Source: Felis catus (taxonomy: Eukaryota). Taken from it: 64,000 bases of DNA. This document shows, one piece after another, positions 46,650 through 59,990 of this stretch. Each line of letters starts with the position of its first letter. The first letter of the stretch is position 1. The position numbers were made by a program, and so were the translations under genes. The notes under the pieces were generated by a model, which worked only from the letters and a program-made list of their open reading frames with translations, did not search any database and was not told where the DNA came from. The stretch covers positions 80,044,001 to 80,108,000 of the forward strand of contig NC_058368.1 of the NCBI RefSeq assembly GCF_018350175.1, written 5' to 3'.

Positions 46650-49600
46650 CCAGGCACTAGTGATTAATACAAGCATGAATGGCGGCATCTACATTAAGGA
46701 TAGAGAAGTAGAAGGAGCGGAGGGAGGGTGACTTCCAGAAATTTCTCCGTTGACAGACCCACCGAAGATGTCCGGTCAGTAGTCAGGGGACAAATACAAG
46801 CATCCAGTATCCCATCTCGTTCCGCCTGCGTGTGCACCTGTGCGCTTGGGTATGCCAGCCCCGGCGAGGTGGCTGGCGTTGCATACTGGCTCTCAAGTTA
46901 CGCACTCTGAAGAGCCTGGGCAGTCGCCGAGCGACCACCTTCCTGGGAGAACCCCAGCCCGGGTCCTGCACTGACACATTGGTCAGCCGGGCGGCGCCCT
47001 GGCCTTCGGGAGCCTGGGTAGGTGGCTGAGGAGCCGCCACAGGAGAGTGACAGGGACAGGTAAGGAGGCACCTGTGTGGAGAACTCAACGAGCCGTTTCA
47101 AATGCTTGCAAAGAAAGAGAACTCATTCTCGTTTGATACTTGGGAGACTGTGTTTCATTTGTAACTGGAGACCTAGGGAATCCCTGGCAGGAAAAGGTTC
47201 AAGAGCAGCCTTTGGAGGCAAGTGAATAAGCTCGAGTTCAAAATAGATTCATGAACGTATCTAAACTGCTAGAAGAATAAATCTTCAGAGGTCTTAGGAG
47301 CTGAGACCGTGGCTGCTATAGGTCCCGCGGGAGGCAGCGGATGTGGTGGGAATAGCGAACAGATTCCAGGAAGTCTGTTGCAATCGGAAGTAAAAAGCAC
47401 CAGAACTCAAGTGGGCTAGGCGTTGGGTGATGGGGAAGCACCTGAAAACGGAGGCGGTTTGTACTTGGGACAGGAATCTTTCCTGCTTCGGGCTGGAAAT
47501 TACCTGCCTTTCCAGGCATCCTCTCTCGGCACTGTGTCGTCTCCTAAGGCTGCCAGTGGAGTCCGCTGACCGCTGACCCCCAGCCTGCATGGTTGCCTGG
47601 TTGTGCCTGCCTGCGTCCCGACTACAGCCTGGGCCCTCGACATCTAGGTGACTCAAGATGAGACAACTCCCAGTCTCCACCCAGCACCTAATAAGGGACC
47701 CAGCCATGAGGCCTTGGTGCCGCCTGGCTGAAGGCCAGCTGGGTCCACCGAAAGGACACAGTGAAGGAAGAGGGAGGGGTGCTTCTGGAGAGAGCCCATG
47801 TCACCTGCAGTCATAGCAGCTTGTTGTCAATGTCAGCACCTGCGCTGACCCCACGCATGCCAGAGCCCCCCAGGGGCACCCTGCCCTCCTCGCTGGGGAG
47901 GACACACAGGCGGGCTCTGCTTGTCGCCCCAGGAGCAGAGGAGGGTCCCAGGGCAGAGCCTGCACAACAGGAGCGGCCACGCCCACCCGTTCCCGCCGCG
48001 TGTCTTCACCTGTAGGCAGGCCCACCCACACGCTGAGATCATTTCTAGCCTTGGGCAACGGGTTTCTAAGGAAGCATTGGCTCATGCAACCTTGGCTGAG
48101 TGCTAACCTGGCTCTGGGGCCCCCCACCAGGGAGCCAGGCCTGGTCCTGGAAGGTGCGGGAGACCTCATGAACACGTCACTGAATCCCCCCAGCAGACCT
48201 GGGGCACGGTCATTATTGTCCCCGCTCCGTGCAGAGCGTGCTACAGTTCAGCAAAGTCAGGCCACTTCCCTGCCCGGCCCCTGCCCCCTGCCGCGTCGCC
48301 AATTCTTCTGGCCAGCCCCTTCCGGGCCTCCCCGGGGCTGCTCTTCCGCAACTCCGACACCTCGCATGCCTCCCTCCTTTGGGCCGCCTGTAGGTGTCCT
48401 AAGCGCCGGTGATGTAACTCCGGGAAGCGTCTGGCCTCGGCCTTGGGCCTCCCGCACTCCCTGTGGCCGCCAGCAGCCCACCCCGTCGTGCCTGATTCCT
48501 GCTTTGGGGGTCCACCGGCCAGTCCCGAGGCTCAGCGCCCCAGCCCCAGGTCGTCTCGTCAGTAGCGATTCTGTGTGGAAAACACCCCTAGACCTCCGGC
48601 TGCAGGGCAAGAGAGGGTGGAGACGTTGGCCCGTCGTTGCTCGTAAAAACATACAAGTATGTAACGTCACGTGGCTCGTGGCCGATGACTAGGGGAGGCC
48701 TCCAGGGATGTCTGCTGGGCAGGTGAGTCAGCAGGGGTGACGCTGTCCCGCAGGTATTCGCCTGGCCCGAAGTCAGCCTAGACCATCGCTCTGAGAGACC
48801 GGCGCGTTGTCTGCCCTTTAAACTCATCCTGGCCCTTCTGGTTCTGTTTCCAGCACAGCGCCCTCCCCTCTTCCTGTATTCCCCGAGCCCCCAGCCCCAT
48901 GAGGACAGGCCTTCTCTGAAACTAGCTGGAGTCCGAAACAGGCCCCCGGAGTTGTTGGCTTTACGTGGGTTTGCACTTTTGCCCGTCATTTATTTCACCG
49001 CCTCTACCTGGTGACAGTCCCAGGACCATTCCGGAGTGGCGCATCTATCCTGGGTGCCCTTGAAATGCTTTTAACAAAGGAAACTGAATGGGCCGCGTTT
49101 CCCACCCGGCTTACAGGGAAGGAGGGCTTTGTTCGGTGTGGAGTGGCCGTGGTCCGCGTTTCCTCTGCCATATGCTTTGGCTTGCTAATACCATGTTGGA
49201 ATTATTTCCTTAATTTCTAAAGCTGCATGTGCGGAAATGGCTTATATTTCCTGTTTTGATAAACTAATAGAATTTTACTGGGAACCTTGTTCCCAAGTTG
49301 GCTTTCTTCTTTGTTTTGGGCCTCTTTTTGGATTAAAAGGGTAATTCTGTAAAGTCAAGCTTGACCAGACTTGTGACAAAAACAAAGACTTGTATAGATT
49401 TTTTTTTTTTACCTTAAATATGAAAAAGGGCTACTTTTTTTTCTGCAGTAAGGAATGTCTGTCTTCTGTGTCTGTTAGACTGGGTTATTCAGTAGCCCCC
49501 TGCACAGGAAGCCTGGGTTCGATGCTGGGGGCAGTCCGGCGGTAAAATATCTGTAAATTCCCTACAGAGACTTGCTCTTTTTGGCTGGAGGTATATTGGC

Positions 49601-52600
49601 TGAGAAAGACTTTCTTGGACAAGAAGTTTCTTGGAATATGTGGAGGACAAAATATTCTTTGTTTTAGGACAAATGAGTTTTGTTCTTGGGTCTTCATATA
49701 AATTTGGTTAATACTCATTTCTTATGTGCAATTTGAGAACAATGCCCAGCATTTTTTCTTGTTTCATTTGTAAATATTGTATCAACCTTACACAAGACTC
49801 ACATCTGCAGAAACCTGGATCTGTGTCCGCGGGTTTGCTCCCTTAATATACATGGACGGTTCACACTGATGATTACAGAAATAGCTGGTCTTCAAGAGTC
49901 CAACTCTTTTGTGTGTTTTATTTCCTGGCATTCAGACTGTTATTTAAACCTATTTTTAAATGTCCTAAATATGAGGACAAATCTGCCACTGGGAGAAGTG
50001 AGAAAAGCCATTTTCTCGATGGTTAGAAGGGGGCCGCTCCTCAGACACCTCCAGAAGAATGGGTCTGTTGGGCTGGGCGGTAGAAGAAAGCCTTTCCTCT
50101 CTGCCTGATGCTATGTGATACCCAGGGAAGGTAGCATGGTTCTCCGCTCCCCTGATGTGAGTCGATTGCTCAGATAAGAGGCCGGGCCAGCCGCACATGG
50201 GACCGGATGTTCCCTTAATCCCGCAGCTGCGTCTACACATACCTACTCCGACGAGACTGGGTTCCATTTATAGATGGCAGAGAAGTCTGTTGGCAGCCAC
50301 AGAGCCCGTGGCTCAAGGCAAGAAATTCTCTGCTTGAACCTGATAGATGCCGGATCCAGGAAGCTGGAAACTGGCCTTCTTAGAAGGTTCCGTGACCCCT
50401 CTTCTCCCAGAGACAAAAGACTCCCCAAGGAATGGATCTTGCACAGAGGGGGATTTGGATGTGTCTAGGATGAACTGAAGGGCCATGCAAATACACATAT
50501 TTTTAAATCTGTCTAAATGGAATGATGCCAAAATGGAGATAAGGTTCTGAAGAAAAGAGTTCCCATATAAAAAGCTGACCAAAAAAAATCTCTTGCTCAG
50601 AGGCCTCCACGTTGCCCCCAGGAGCAATATCAGTGGCATTCCACTTGAGCAGACTATCCAAGGTTTCTAGAAAATTTATCTGTGCCTTTACATTGCCAAT
50701 TGGCTCTTAGACATTCCAGGTCATTTGTAATTCCTAGAATTTCTAGTTAGCACAATAAGGCTGGCTACCAGTTCAGGGCAGGGTAAAATTCAGAAGAGAA
50801 GAGTCTAACAGGATGTTCTGCATAAGGAAGAGAGAACTGAACGTCTTTTTGGCACTGTGATGGATGAGGAGCTCAGCTACCGAGCCCTGAGTGCCCAGAG
50901 CCTCCCTGAACGGGCCCCAGGTGGCTGGGGTCAGAGGGAGTCTGGGGATGGCACTCTTCTAGAACAACATGCCTGAGTCCACTTTGGGTGTGGAAGCATG
51001 GAACCCATGGGGAATATGCTTCCTGCTCCACTGGAGGGCGTGGCTTCACGGGAGGCCGCTGCAACATGGAGAGCGTGTTGGAAAGCGGGTCCTGATGCAG
51101 GACCTCTGAGGTGGAGCCTGCGTTCCTAAGTAGTGCCCAGGCGACACGGGCACTGTGTCCACGCAACACGCTGAGGTGCCGAGGGTCCAGACGGGGATCG
51201 TAGCATTTCAAGTGCGGGCTGATCGCCTCTTAGACGTTACATCTAAGGCAAGAGGTGGGAGCCCCAGCCTGCAATCTATCAACCCCCTTTCCACACCCCT
51301 GCCCCGCCCACCCTATGGCGTGGGCCCAATACAGCCCCACGGAAGGAGCCCGGCTAAGTCAGGTTCCTCTGTGACCGTGACCGTGACTGGGCCTCCCTGA
51401 CTCTTCCTCCCACAGCCCCTCTTCTTCATGGCACTCGCCGTAGTTTAAAGTATGTAGGTTCCCTTGCTTGTTCACTGAATTTTCTTGTCAACTGGTGCAC
51501 GTCATCTATCCCCACTTTACACCCATGGCCCATCGCCGTGCTCGGCCCAGAGTAAGCCTTCGGAGAAGAATGAAGGAAGGAACCAATGAGTGGATTTAAA
51601 CTATCTCCAGGCCCCCTCCTGTGGTCATGTTTGCCAGGAATTGGGGGGGTGGGAGCTCTCTCACTGCTGCAGCTGAGGGAGGGGGTTTCCCTGATCCCTC
51701 CAAGCTGGGAGGCACATGGCACCGGCTCCTGTGTGGTTCCGGAGCCTGGGAGGGGGCAGTTTCTGCGTGAGTACGAGGACGCGTGAACGCGTGCGTGTCA
51801 GATTCAGGCATTCTCAAGGGGGTGGAGGCCCTTCCCGGTTTGCGTGGATCTTCACCATAACTGGTCCCATTTGCGAGTCCTACTCTGCCCGGGGATGAAG
51901 GACGTCCAGACAAGATCAGCTGAGTGGGTGTAACGTGCTCCATGACAGTGGACACTTTCAACACCTCAAGCAGGGTCCCCAGGAGCCTCCTGGCCCTGGG
52001 AGCAGCGTCTCCTCTGTGGACGTTGAGATGGTGAGTGCAGTGACAGACACAGCTGCAGGGGGCCGTAAGGGGCAGGGGGCAGGGTGCGGAAATCTTGCTG
52101 TACAGAATGGCGCCCATGGGAATTCAGACTTGACGTGAGAATTTACCTGATGGTCCCCAGGAATCTCGGAGCCACAGACAGAAAGCATGACCTCCTAGAG
52201 ACACTGATTTTGAAGGCCTAGACCCAGGCCAACCTGCCATCTTCAAGGGTGGGGGACAGACTCTTGAGTTGAGTGCACGGTCAGGGGAAACTGGCCATCT
52301 TTACCAGGGAGGTGACAGGAAGGATCGTGGTTCGTCTCTGAGTTGCATTGAGCATTCGAATCAAGGCGGTGACCCAAGGGCTCGGAGCATGGGCAGCAGC
52401 TGGTGGGAGCCCTTCGTGTTCTTCTGTTTGGGGACATAGAGGACCCACGCAGCAGTTCACAGACTCTTCATCCGGGGTCCTCAGGAGGGCATCCGTATCC
52501 TGAGAATGTTTCGGAGCCCACATCCCGTCAGGAAAACCAAGGCTCAGGTCTGAAACTTGTTCAGTGTCTAAGAGACGTCTGGAGCACACTCTGTGCTCTA

Positions 52601-54996
52601 ATAAATCCTTGTGTGCATCCTGGAGTCTGACACTCCAGTTCGTGGTACTTGGAGCTCTTAGATACCAGGATTCATGAGGTTCCCTCTGCAGGATGTGCAA
52701 GATGCCAGGTGTCGATGGGAAAATACACACACTCACACACACCACATCACATCACACACACAGGCACACAGGGCTGGAATCTCCCTGATGGAAGTTGGCT
52801 GTGGCTTGTACAGGGAGGCCTGCCTCTCCATGACCTATCATTCCTTACCTCCTGAGACAGGGTACCCGAGCCATGGCACACGGTTGAGGAAGTGTCAAGA
52901 TTGGGAATTATCAGACCTACAAGTCCCAGCTCCAAAGCAAAGTGGCGCTATTGAATTTCAAGCAGGTTATGAAGAACTCACCTCTGTAACTAAGTCCAGT
53001 GTCTATCCTAAGCCTAGGACAGAAAGTCTGTTAGATCGATTCAAAACCTTCAAAATCATTTCAACCGTTGATTTATATCCAGGGATTTGGCAAGTGGCCT
53101 TAAAATCAAAATTAAAAATAGCCTCTGAAATACCAGATGGAGAATGTAAGTTTATGCTTCACCCTTCAGACTGAGGAGTCCCCCTACCCTTTCCAGACAA
53201 CTGGCAAATGAATTACTGTGTGAACCAGGGACACCTGCCAAGCCACCTATTCACATCCCAGTCGTATGTAATACGAAGCAGAAATGTGGTGACCCCTCTA
53301 GACGTCTCCCTTTGGCATTCAGGGTAATCCGTAAAACTGATGGCTTAGCATGGAGCTGGACTGACAAAAACCAAATATTCAAAATCGTGGGATTTTAAAA
53401 TGAGCCCCACTAGAGACGAACATTGAAGCCATTAAAAAAAATGGCAAATACCTAGAAACATACTTTGAGGGCCTGGAAGGATTTTAAATGTGTTTACTTT
53501 TACACTGTGGAACTCAAGCTCTTCTCACAGGAAGATAAGCAAGGGATCCAAAAGGCTTCGAGGTGTTGGTCTGAGATTCTCAGATTTGTTTGAATCCTTC
53601 AGGGTAGTGACTGATGCATCAGAGACTAGAGTAGGTAAAGGGCTGTTGGAGGGACACAAGATCCCTCTCGTAGAAAGTTGCTAGCCCTGGAAAGGAATTT
53701 ATCATGTCTACAAAAAGAGCATTGAGTAGTTATTGTGATCTTGGGTAAACTCCAGCCAGATGGTTTTGAGTCAGAGTTCACTTGTGTGCCCGTCCAAGGC
53801 TGCATGTCCAGGAAGACTGTCACAGACCAGCAGATGTCACAGAGGTGGCCAGGCAACACCGTGTCCCTTTCCACATGAGTATCAGTACCAAGCCAGGAAT
53901 GGGGAAGATTCTGGCTGACGCTCTAGCACAAGAAACAGACAGAAAGCTTAATGGAGGGAGTCCCCAGGTGAACATCCTGTTTAGTCATTGAGACTTAACT
54001 TAGAAGAGAATGGGACAGATGTGGCAAAACGCTCTTGTATGTAAAGTTGGAACGATCTGTTTTCTGGGGAGTGTTGTGTGCATGGTAAAGTTTGGCTTGG
54101 CGCTCACCGGAAGCCGACCGCTTCCAGAGCCCCTGGAGTATCAGTGCCTGCCAGCCGGGCAGTCTGACCCAGGGTGACGTGACAGACAGGGACTCCCCTG
54201 CTTGCTGCCACTGTAACTCACCTGTCATGCAGATGGGAGAGACAGGGCTCATCAGGAAGGGGAGGGAAGAGGTCAACCTAATTGTCATGTCCGTCCCACT
54301 CAAAATGTTTAGTACTATCAGTGGTCTGAAAGGAAGGGCTCAGACATGGTCCAAAGTCCGAGTCCTTTCTTTACCTGAAATACTGAGATCAAGGGCAAGA
54401 AATGCCTTGGAATCCCATTGGAATTGTCCAGGCACAGAGCTCCCTGACTTACTCACTCATTTCATTGAACAGTTCTGTCTCGGCATCTGACAAAAAGTCT
54501 GCGAAATCCTTGCAAAAGCCCCTTCCCTCCATCCCCTCCTCCCCCCGCAGACCAATGGGTCTCACAGAACAAAGGGACGGGGTGTCCTCTGCTGGCACCA
54601 CTGGGGATGTCGAGAACCTCTGTGGCAGAGGTGAGGGTTTGCACCTCCTGACAGGTGCGTTTGTGAGGTCCCCCTCCTCATCGGAAGCCCCTCTCCCTTT
54701 AGTTCAGCAGGATCCCTGATGTATGATGGGGGCCCAGCATTGAAGGTAGCCCAATCCTGCTCACCCTGAACCCCCCTCCTCTGGGATGCATACCCCACAT
54801 TTCCCAGAGAACGAAGGGCCGCCTCCTGTGTGCCTGAGTTCCTCCTTCACTCTGAACTACTTAACAGAGTGTCCTTACAGGCTCACTTCATACGGAATCC
54901 CTGCACTCAGGGAATGTTCTCCCTGACTGTCGAGACCCAGGACGTAGCTCGGCATCTGGCATTTATCACCTTTAAAAGGTACAGTGACCATAGATG

Positions 54997-55212
54997 GCAC
55001 AACACCAAGAGGGACCCTCATGTAAATTCTGGAGTCTGGGTGGTGAGGACTCGTCACTGCAGGCTCATTGACTGTAACAAATGTGCCACTCTGCGGGGGA
55101 AAGTTGATAGTGGGGAGGATGCATTGGGGGGAAGGGGAGGAGGGGGGACAAGAAATCTCTGTACCTTTTGCTGTGGGCCTAAAACTGCTCTAAAAATTAA
55201 AGTCTATTTGCT
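54997..55212 (+). mobile_element. L1MC1-like 3' terminal fragment
   Basis: GCACAACACCAAGAGGGACCCTCATGTAAA..GTAACAAATGTGCCACTCTG..CCTAAAACTGCTCTAAAAA; homologous to the terminus at 3490-3720. Confidence 0.85.
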
Positions 55213-55267
55213 TATTTTTATTTTTTTAAGTTTCTTTATTTATTTTGAGAGAGTGGGGGGGAGGGGC

Positions 55268-55299
<32 letters not shown>

Positions 55300-55427
55300 T
55301 CCCAAGCAGGCTCCGCAACGTCAGCACAGAGCCAGACGTGGGGCTAGAGCTCACGAACTGTGAGATCAAGGCCTGATTCAAGACCAAGAGTCAGACACTC
55401 AGTGGACTGAGCCCCCCCAGGCGCCCC
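55213..55427 (-). mobile_element. Can-SINE inserted at the end of the L1MC1 fragment, 126 bp upstream of COL4A2 exon 4
   Basis: Reverse-complement element ending ..CCCAGGCGCCCC. TSD AAAGTCT(A/G)TTTG. Confidence 0.93.
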
Positions 55428-55445
55428 AAAGTCTGTTTGTTCTGA

Positions 55446-55919
<474 letters not shown>

Positions 55920-56836
55920 TAAAGCAGACATGGTTGTGTCTCCCCCTTCACGGTATAGATATTCTGATATTCTAGAGGGCACAAGCATCCTGCCATGGAG
56001 AATAAGTCTCCCTTTTAAAATCATTCCACTCATCCCCTGAATGTCCTTTCTGTAGTGCGTTTCATCGGATGAGTCAGGGAAAAAAGGTCATCCCGCATCG
56101 GAACCCGAAATACGGACTGATACTGGGTTCCGTATGTCGAAGCGACTTTCCCGTTGCCATTAAAGCTGATGTTTGGGTCTTGGCATTACTGATTTCAAAA
56201 AGAGATTGTTTATATTTATCTGTGTAAGCCCATTTTCGCGTGGGGACCATATAGCGTTTTATGACACTGTTTTGAGGCTTCATGTCTTGGGATCGTGTTT
56301 CCCCGTGGGGCTCCTGCTCGTCCGCCAGGGGCCAGGTCGTGAGAGGCAGCTGGGACGTGTTGCCTGCATTCCCTTTTGCTGTGGAGTCAGATCTGACAGT
56401 CTCCTTGGGCGTTCCAAATGTGTCTCCCCACCCCGAATCCTGAAGTCAGTGCTGACGGTCCCCACTCTCCACTCCCACACCCCAGAGGGAGGACGGGCCT
56501 CAGTGGAGCTCAGTGGGGCCAGTCTGCGGCTGGCTGGATGTCGTGCCCTCTCCTACCCGAGTTCCCTCCACAAGTCAAACATGTAAAATCTGTGATTGAT
56601 AAGGAACCCCTTCACAAAGGTGCTGGTCTCACTACCGTGGGACTGACTAACCGTCCTCTCAGGGCCGAAGACTGCCATAAAGGAGGCTTCTTGTCACTCG
56701 CCCAGAGCTTCCGTCCCTACATGCTATGTCCTTCATGAGTTATGGTCCTCAAGACAGTTGTTGCTGTTGTTGACTCAGTAAAGATTCCTCTGCTTGGAAT
56801 GGGGACATCGTGCTTTAAAAATTGTTAATCGAGCGA

Positions 56837-57058
56837 GGGATGCCTGGGTGGTTCAGTTGGTTAAGCCTCCAACTCTTGGTTCTGGCTCAGGCCATGATCT
56901 CACATGAGTTCACGGGATCGAGCCCCATGTCCAGCTCTGCACGGTCAGCATGGAGCCTACTTGGGATTCTCTCCCTCCCTCTCTCTCTGTCCCTTCCCTG
57001 CTCTCATATGCATGTGCACTCTTTCTCAAAATAAATAAATAAACTGAAAAATAAAAAA
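56837..57058 (+). mobile_element. Can-SINE
   Basis: GGGATGCCTGGGTGGTTCAGTTGGTTAAG head, CT-rich body, AATAAA tail. Confidence 0.92.
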
Positions 57059-57516
57059 GATTTGCTAATCAAAGATTACGCATCAGCATTTAACAAGGAT
57101 TAAGTATTTTTTAAACATATGGAAGCCATTTCATGAGATTGAAACCCCCTGGGTCCATTGCTATTGGTTTTCCCAGTGCCGCTTCCGGGTCAGGGATGAC
57201 CATTGCCTGACGAAGAGCCTCCCCTCCCCAGGGCCTGGCCTGGCCCAGCCGAATATGGGCAAGGGGAGGATACATTAATGGTTTACAAATATCTGTGGGA
57301 CTTGCCTGTGTAAGAGGGAATTCAACTCCAGAGAGACACTCCGGAGAGACTCTGCATTTTTCTCCACGTGATCAGCCAAACAGAACCCACACAGAGCAGA
57401 AGGTTACTTTTTCACTTTTTATGATTGCTTAATGCAGAACCAATATGGTAACATTTCCCATAACAGTTTTATACAAATTTTGTTCTTCAGTAAAGATAGT
57501 TTGTTCTGATTATTAT

Positions 57517-57815
57517 TTTTTTAAATTCAAGGATAACTAACATACAGTCTCTGTTAGTTGCGGGTGTACAATATAATGATTTAACAATTCGACGCATTTC
57601 TCTGTGCTCAGTCCCCTTTATCTGTCTCACCCCTCCCCCACCCACTTCCTCTGGCGACCACCAGTTTGTTCTCTGTATTTAAGGGTCTGCGTTTTTTTTG
57701 TTTGTTTGTCTCTTTTTTTTTGTTTGTTTGCTCATTTGTTTTATTTCCTAAATTCCACATGAGTGAGCTCATACAGCATCCGTCTTTCTCCAGCTGACTT
57801 ATGTCACTTAGCATT
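57517..57815 (-). mobile_element. L1 3' end fragment (L1MA9/L1_Carn-like)
   Basis: GGTGTACAATATAATGATT...CCTCTGGCGACCACCAGTTTGTTCTCTGTATTTAAG...ATTCCACATGAGTGAG..CTGACTTATGTCACTTAGCAT. Confidence 0.8.
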
Positions 57816-59526
57816 GTATTTTATTTTACTGTGCAGGACCATCTACGTAGTTATGTGCTCTTATGGAATGCCAGGAATGCCACTTCTCAGAGTGGTTATG
57901 AGAAGGGGGGATTTCTAAGGGTCCCTAGGTCTCTCTAAGTCAGTAAGTTGGCACTGAGAGCTTTTAATTTATCATCATCCCTCATCCACAGCATAGGCTG
58001 ACACTGTTTCTGTACGTGACCAAGTAGGTAATTGACCCCTTCCAGTTAATTTGGTTAATGCGAGTAATCTAGAGGCCCGAGTGAGTTTGACCTGCCTCTA
58101 ATTCTTCAGACAGATTATGATAACATTAAGATGAGATGTGACAGCTGTGTGAGTATTCCTCAAGAGACAGAGCCACATGGTAGCCCACTTTGGGGCCTGG
58201 CCTGTGGGACCCACCACATGTAGCGTTCAGGCCGCGTTTGCCCCCGTCTTCACGCTGCCCAGCCCTCCACGCTGCAGTGGACCTTACAGATACAAGTTGG
58301 GTTGTCTTAGTCAGCTCCGGGGCTGCCCTGGTGACCCAGGTGTGCCACTGGATACTAGTCAACAAGATGATAGACAGGCTAATGGTCAATGGGAAGAAAA
58401 AAGTTACAGAGGAGAGAGAAATGGCACCATTTATCATGTTCTATGGGGTGAGCCTGTATTAGTGGAGATACCTGTTGTTAGAACAATTACGTCTACCTCA
58501 TTAGTGTGCTTGCTAGGGCACGGTACCCGTTTCAGTTCCAGAAGCCTGGTGTATGTACACTAAATACTTGTTAATTAACAAATTTACCCAGATGTGTTCC
58601 TGTAGACGGCAGGGCTATTTCTGTCTTACTCTCGGATTGATAATATTTTTTAAAAGTAATGTCATGCATAAAAATAGCAGTTGGACAGAGTCTGCTGTTA
58701 GAGAGCTGAGTGCATACTTTGTTCTTTCCCACAGCTCCCCCAGGGTCCCTTGCCATATATTTTCCCCACGGCGCTTCTGGAGCACAGATGACAATGCCTT
58801 GCTGCAGAGCTCTGTGCTCCCTGGGCCCTGGGCAGCCCGGCCTTATATGGGCACAGGGTAGAGTTCACTTGTTCCTCACCATGGTGACAGCCGACATCAG
58901 AAGCTGTATGTTACTGGATAACTTTTGGACTCGAAGCAGAAATCACAAACGTACTGTGGATTCTGATTCCGAATGAATTCTCATGTTACCGAATGAATAA
59001 GCTCAGTGTGAAACGTGTGCAGCTTCCCCAGCCCTCGCTGGGGGCTGGTGGGTCATAGCAGGGAGAAGACTGTTTCTCGCAGGCAGGGCCGTCCAGCCCT
59101 GTGGAAAAACTATGCCGCCAGGTGCCGGGGTGTGGAGGGCAGGGATTGCGGCCCCACTCTTCACTCCCTGGGCAGAGCTGGGAGGTGTGGAGGGGTGCTC
59201 TGGGCCCTGTTCCCTCGTTCACATGTCAGGGAAGGAGAACAGTGACCTGGGGCGGGGGGCAGGGGGGGTGGTAAGTGACCTACTCCAGTGTGGTCCAGAA
59301 CACAAGTCAAGTCTTCAGACTTCAATGAGTAATCTTTTGTGCCTGCCTCTTCCCAGATGGTAGCCTACATGGAGGAGATTCTCTGCGGTTGGAAGGAAAG
59401 GACACAGGCCAAATGAGAGGGGTCCTGGCCCTCTCTCTGCATGAGTTAGGATGCTCTGGTCAGTTCTCTACCCTTCCCTTCAGTGGTTCAGTGAGGGAAG
59501 CAGAACTTTGAGAAAAGAACTGGTAC

Positions 59527-59724
59527 TTTTTTTAAAAGTTTATTTATTTTGAGAGAGTGAGAGCAGGGCAGGGGCAGAGAGAGGAAGAGAGAGAGAATCC
59601 CAAGCAGGCTCTGTGCTATCAGGGCAGAGCCCGATGCGGGGCTTGATGTCACAAACAATGAGATCATGACCTGAGCCGAAATCAAGAATCAGACGCTTAA
59701 CCAACGGAGCCACCCAGGCGCCCC
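59527..59724 (-). mobile_element. Can-SINE
   Basis: Reverse-complement full element ending GAGCCACCCAGGCGCCCC. Confidence 0.93.
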
Positions 59725-59778
59725 TAAATGAATTGATAATTTATTGCTGTTTGAGGGTCTGTATATAAAATAAATTAT

Positions 59779-59990
59779 TGGATACCTGGGTGGCTCAGTC
59801 AGTTGAGCATCCGACTTCAGCTCAGGTCGTGATCTCAGGGACCGTGAGTTCAAGCCCCATGTTGGGCTCTCTGCTGTCACCGTGGAGCCTGCTTGGGATT
59901 CTCTGTCTCCCTCTCTCTCTGCCCCTCCCCAGCTCGTGTTCTCTCTCTCTCTCTCTCTGAAAAATAAATAAACATTAAAAAATACAATAA
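59779..59990 (+). mobile_element. Can-SINE
   Basis: GGATACCTGGGTGGCTCAGTCAG head, (CT)n, AATAAATAAACATTAAAAA tail. Confidence 0.93.

Noticed and set aside
48000..48692. 230-aa ORF in intron 3
   Set aside because: GC-rich and Pro/Arg-biased, GTG start, no recognisable domain or retrogene hallmarks.
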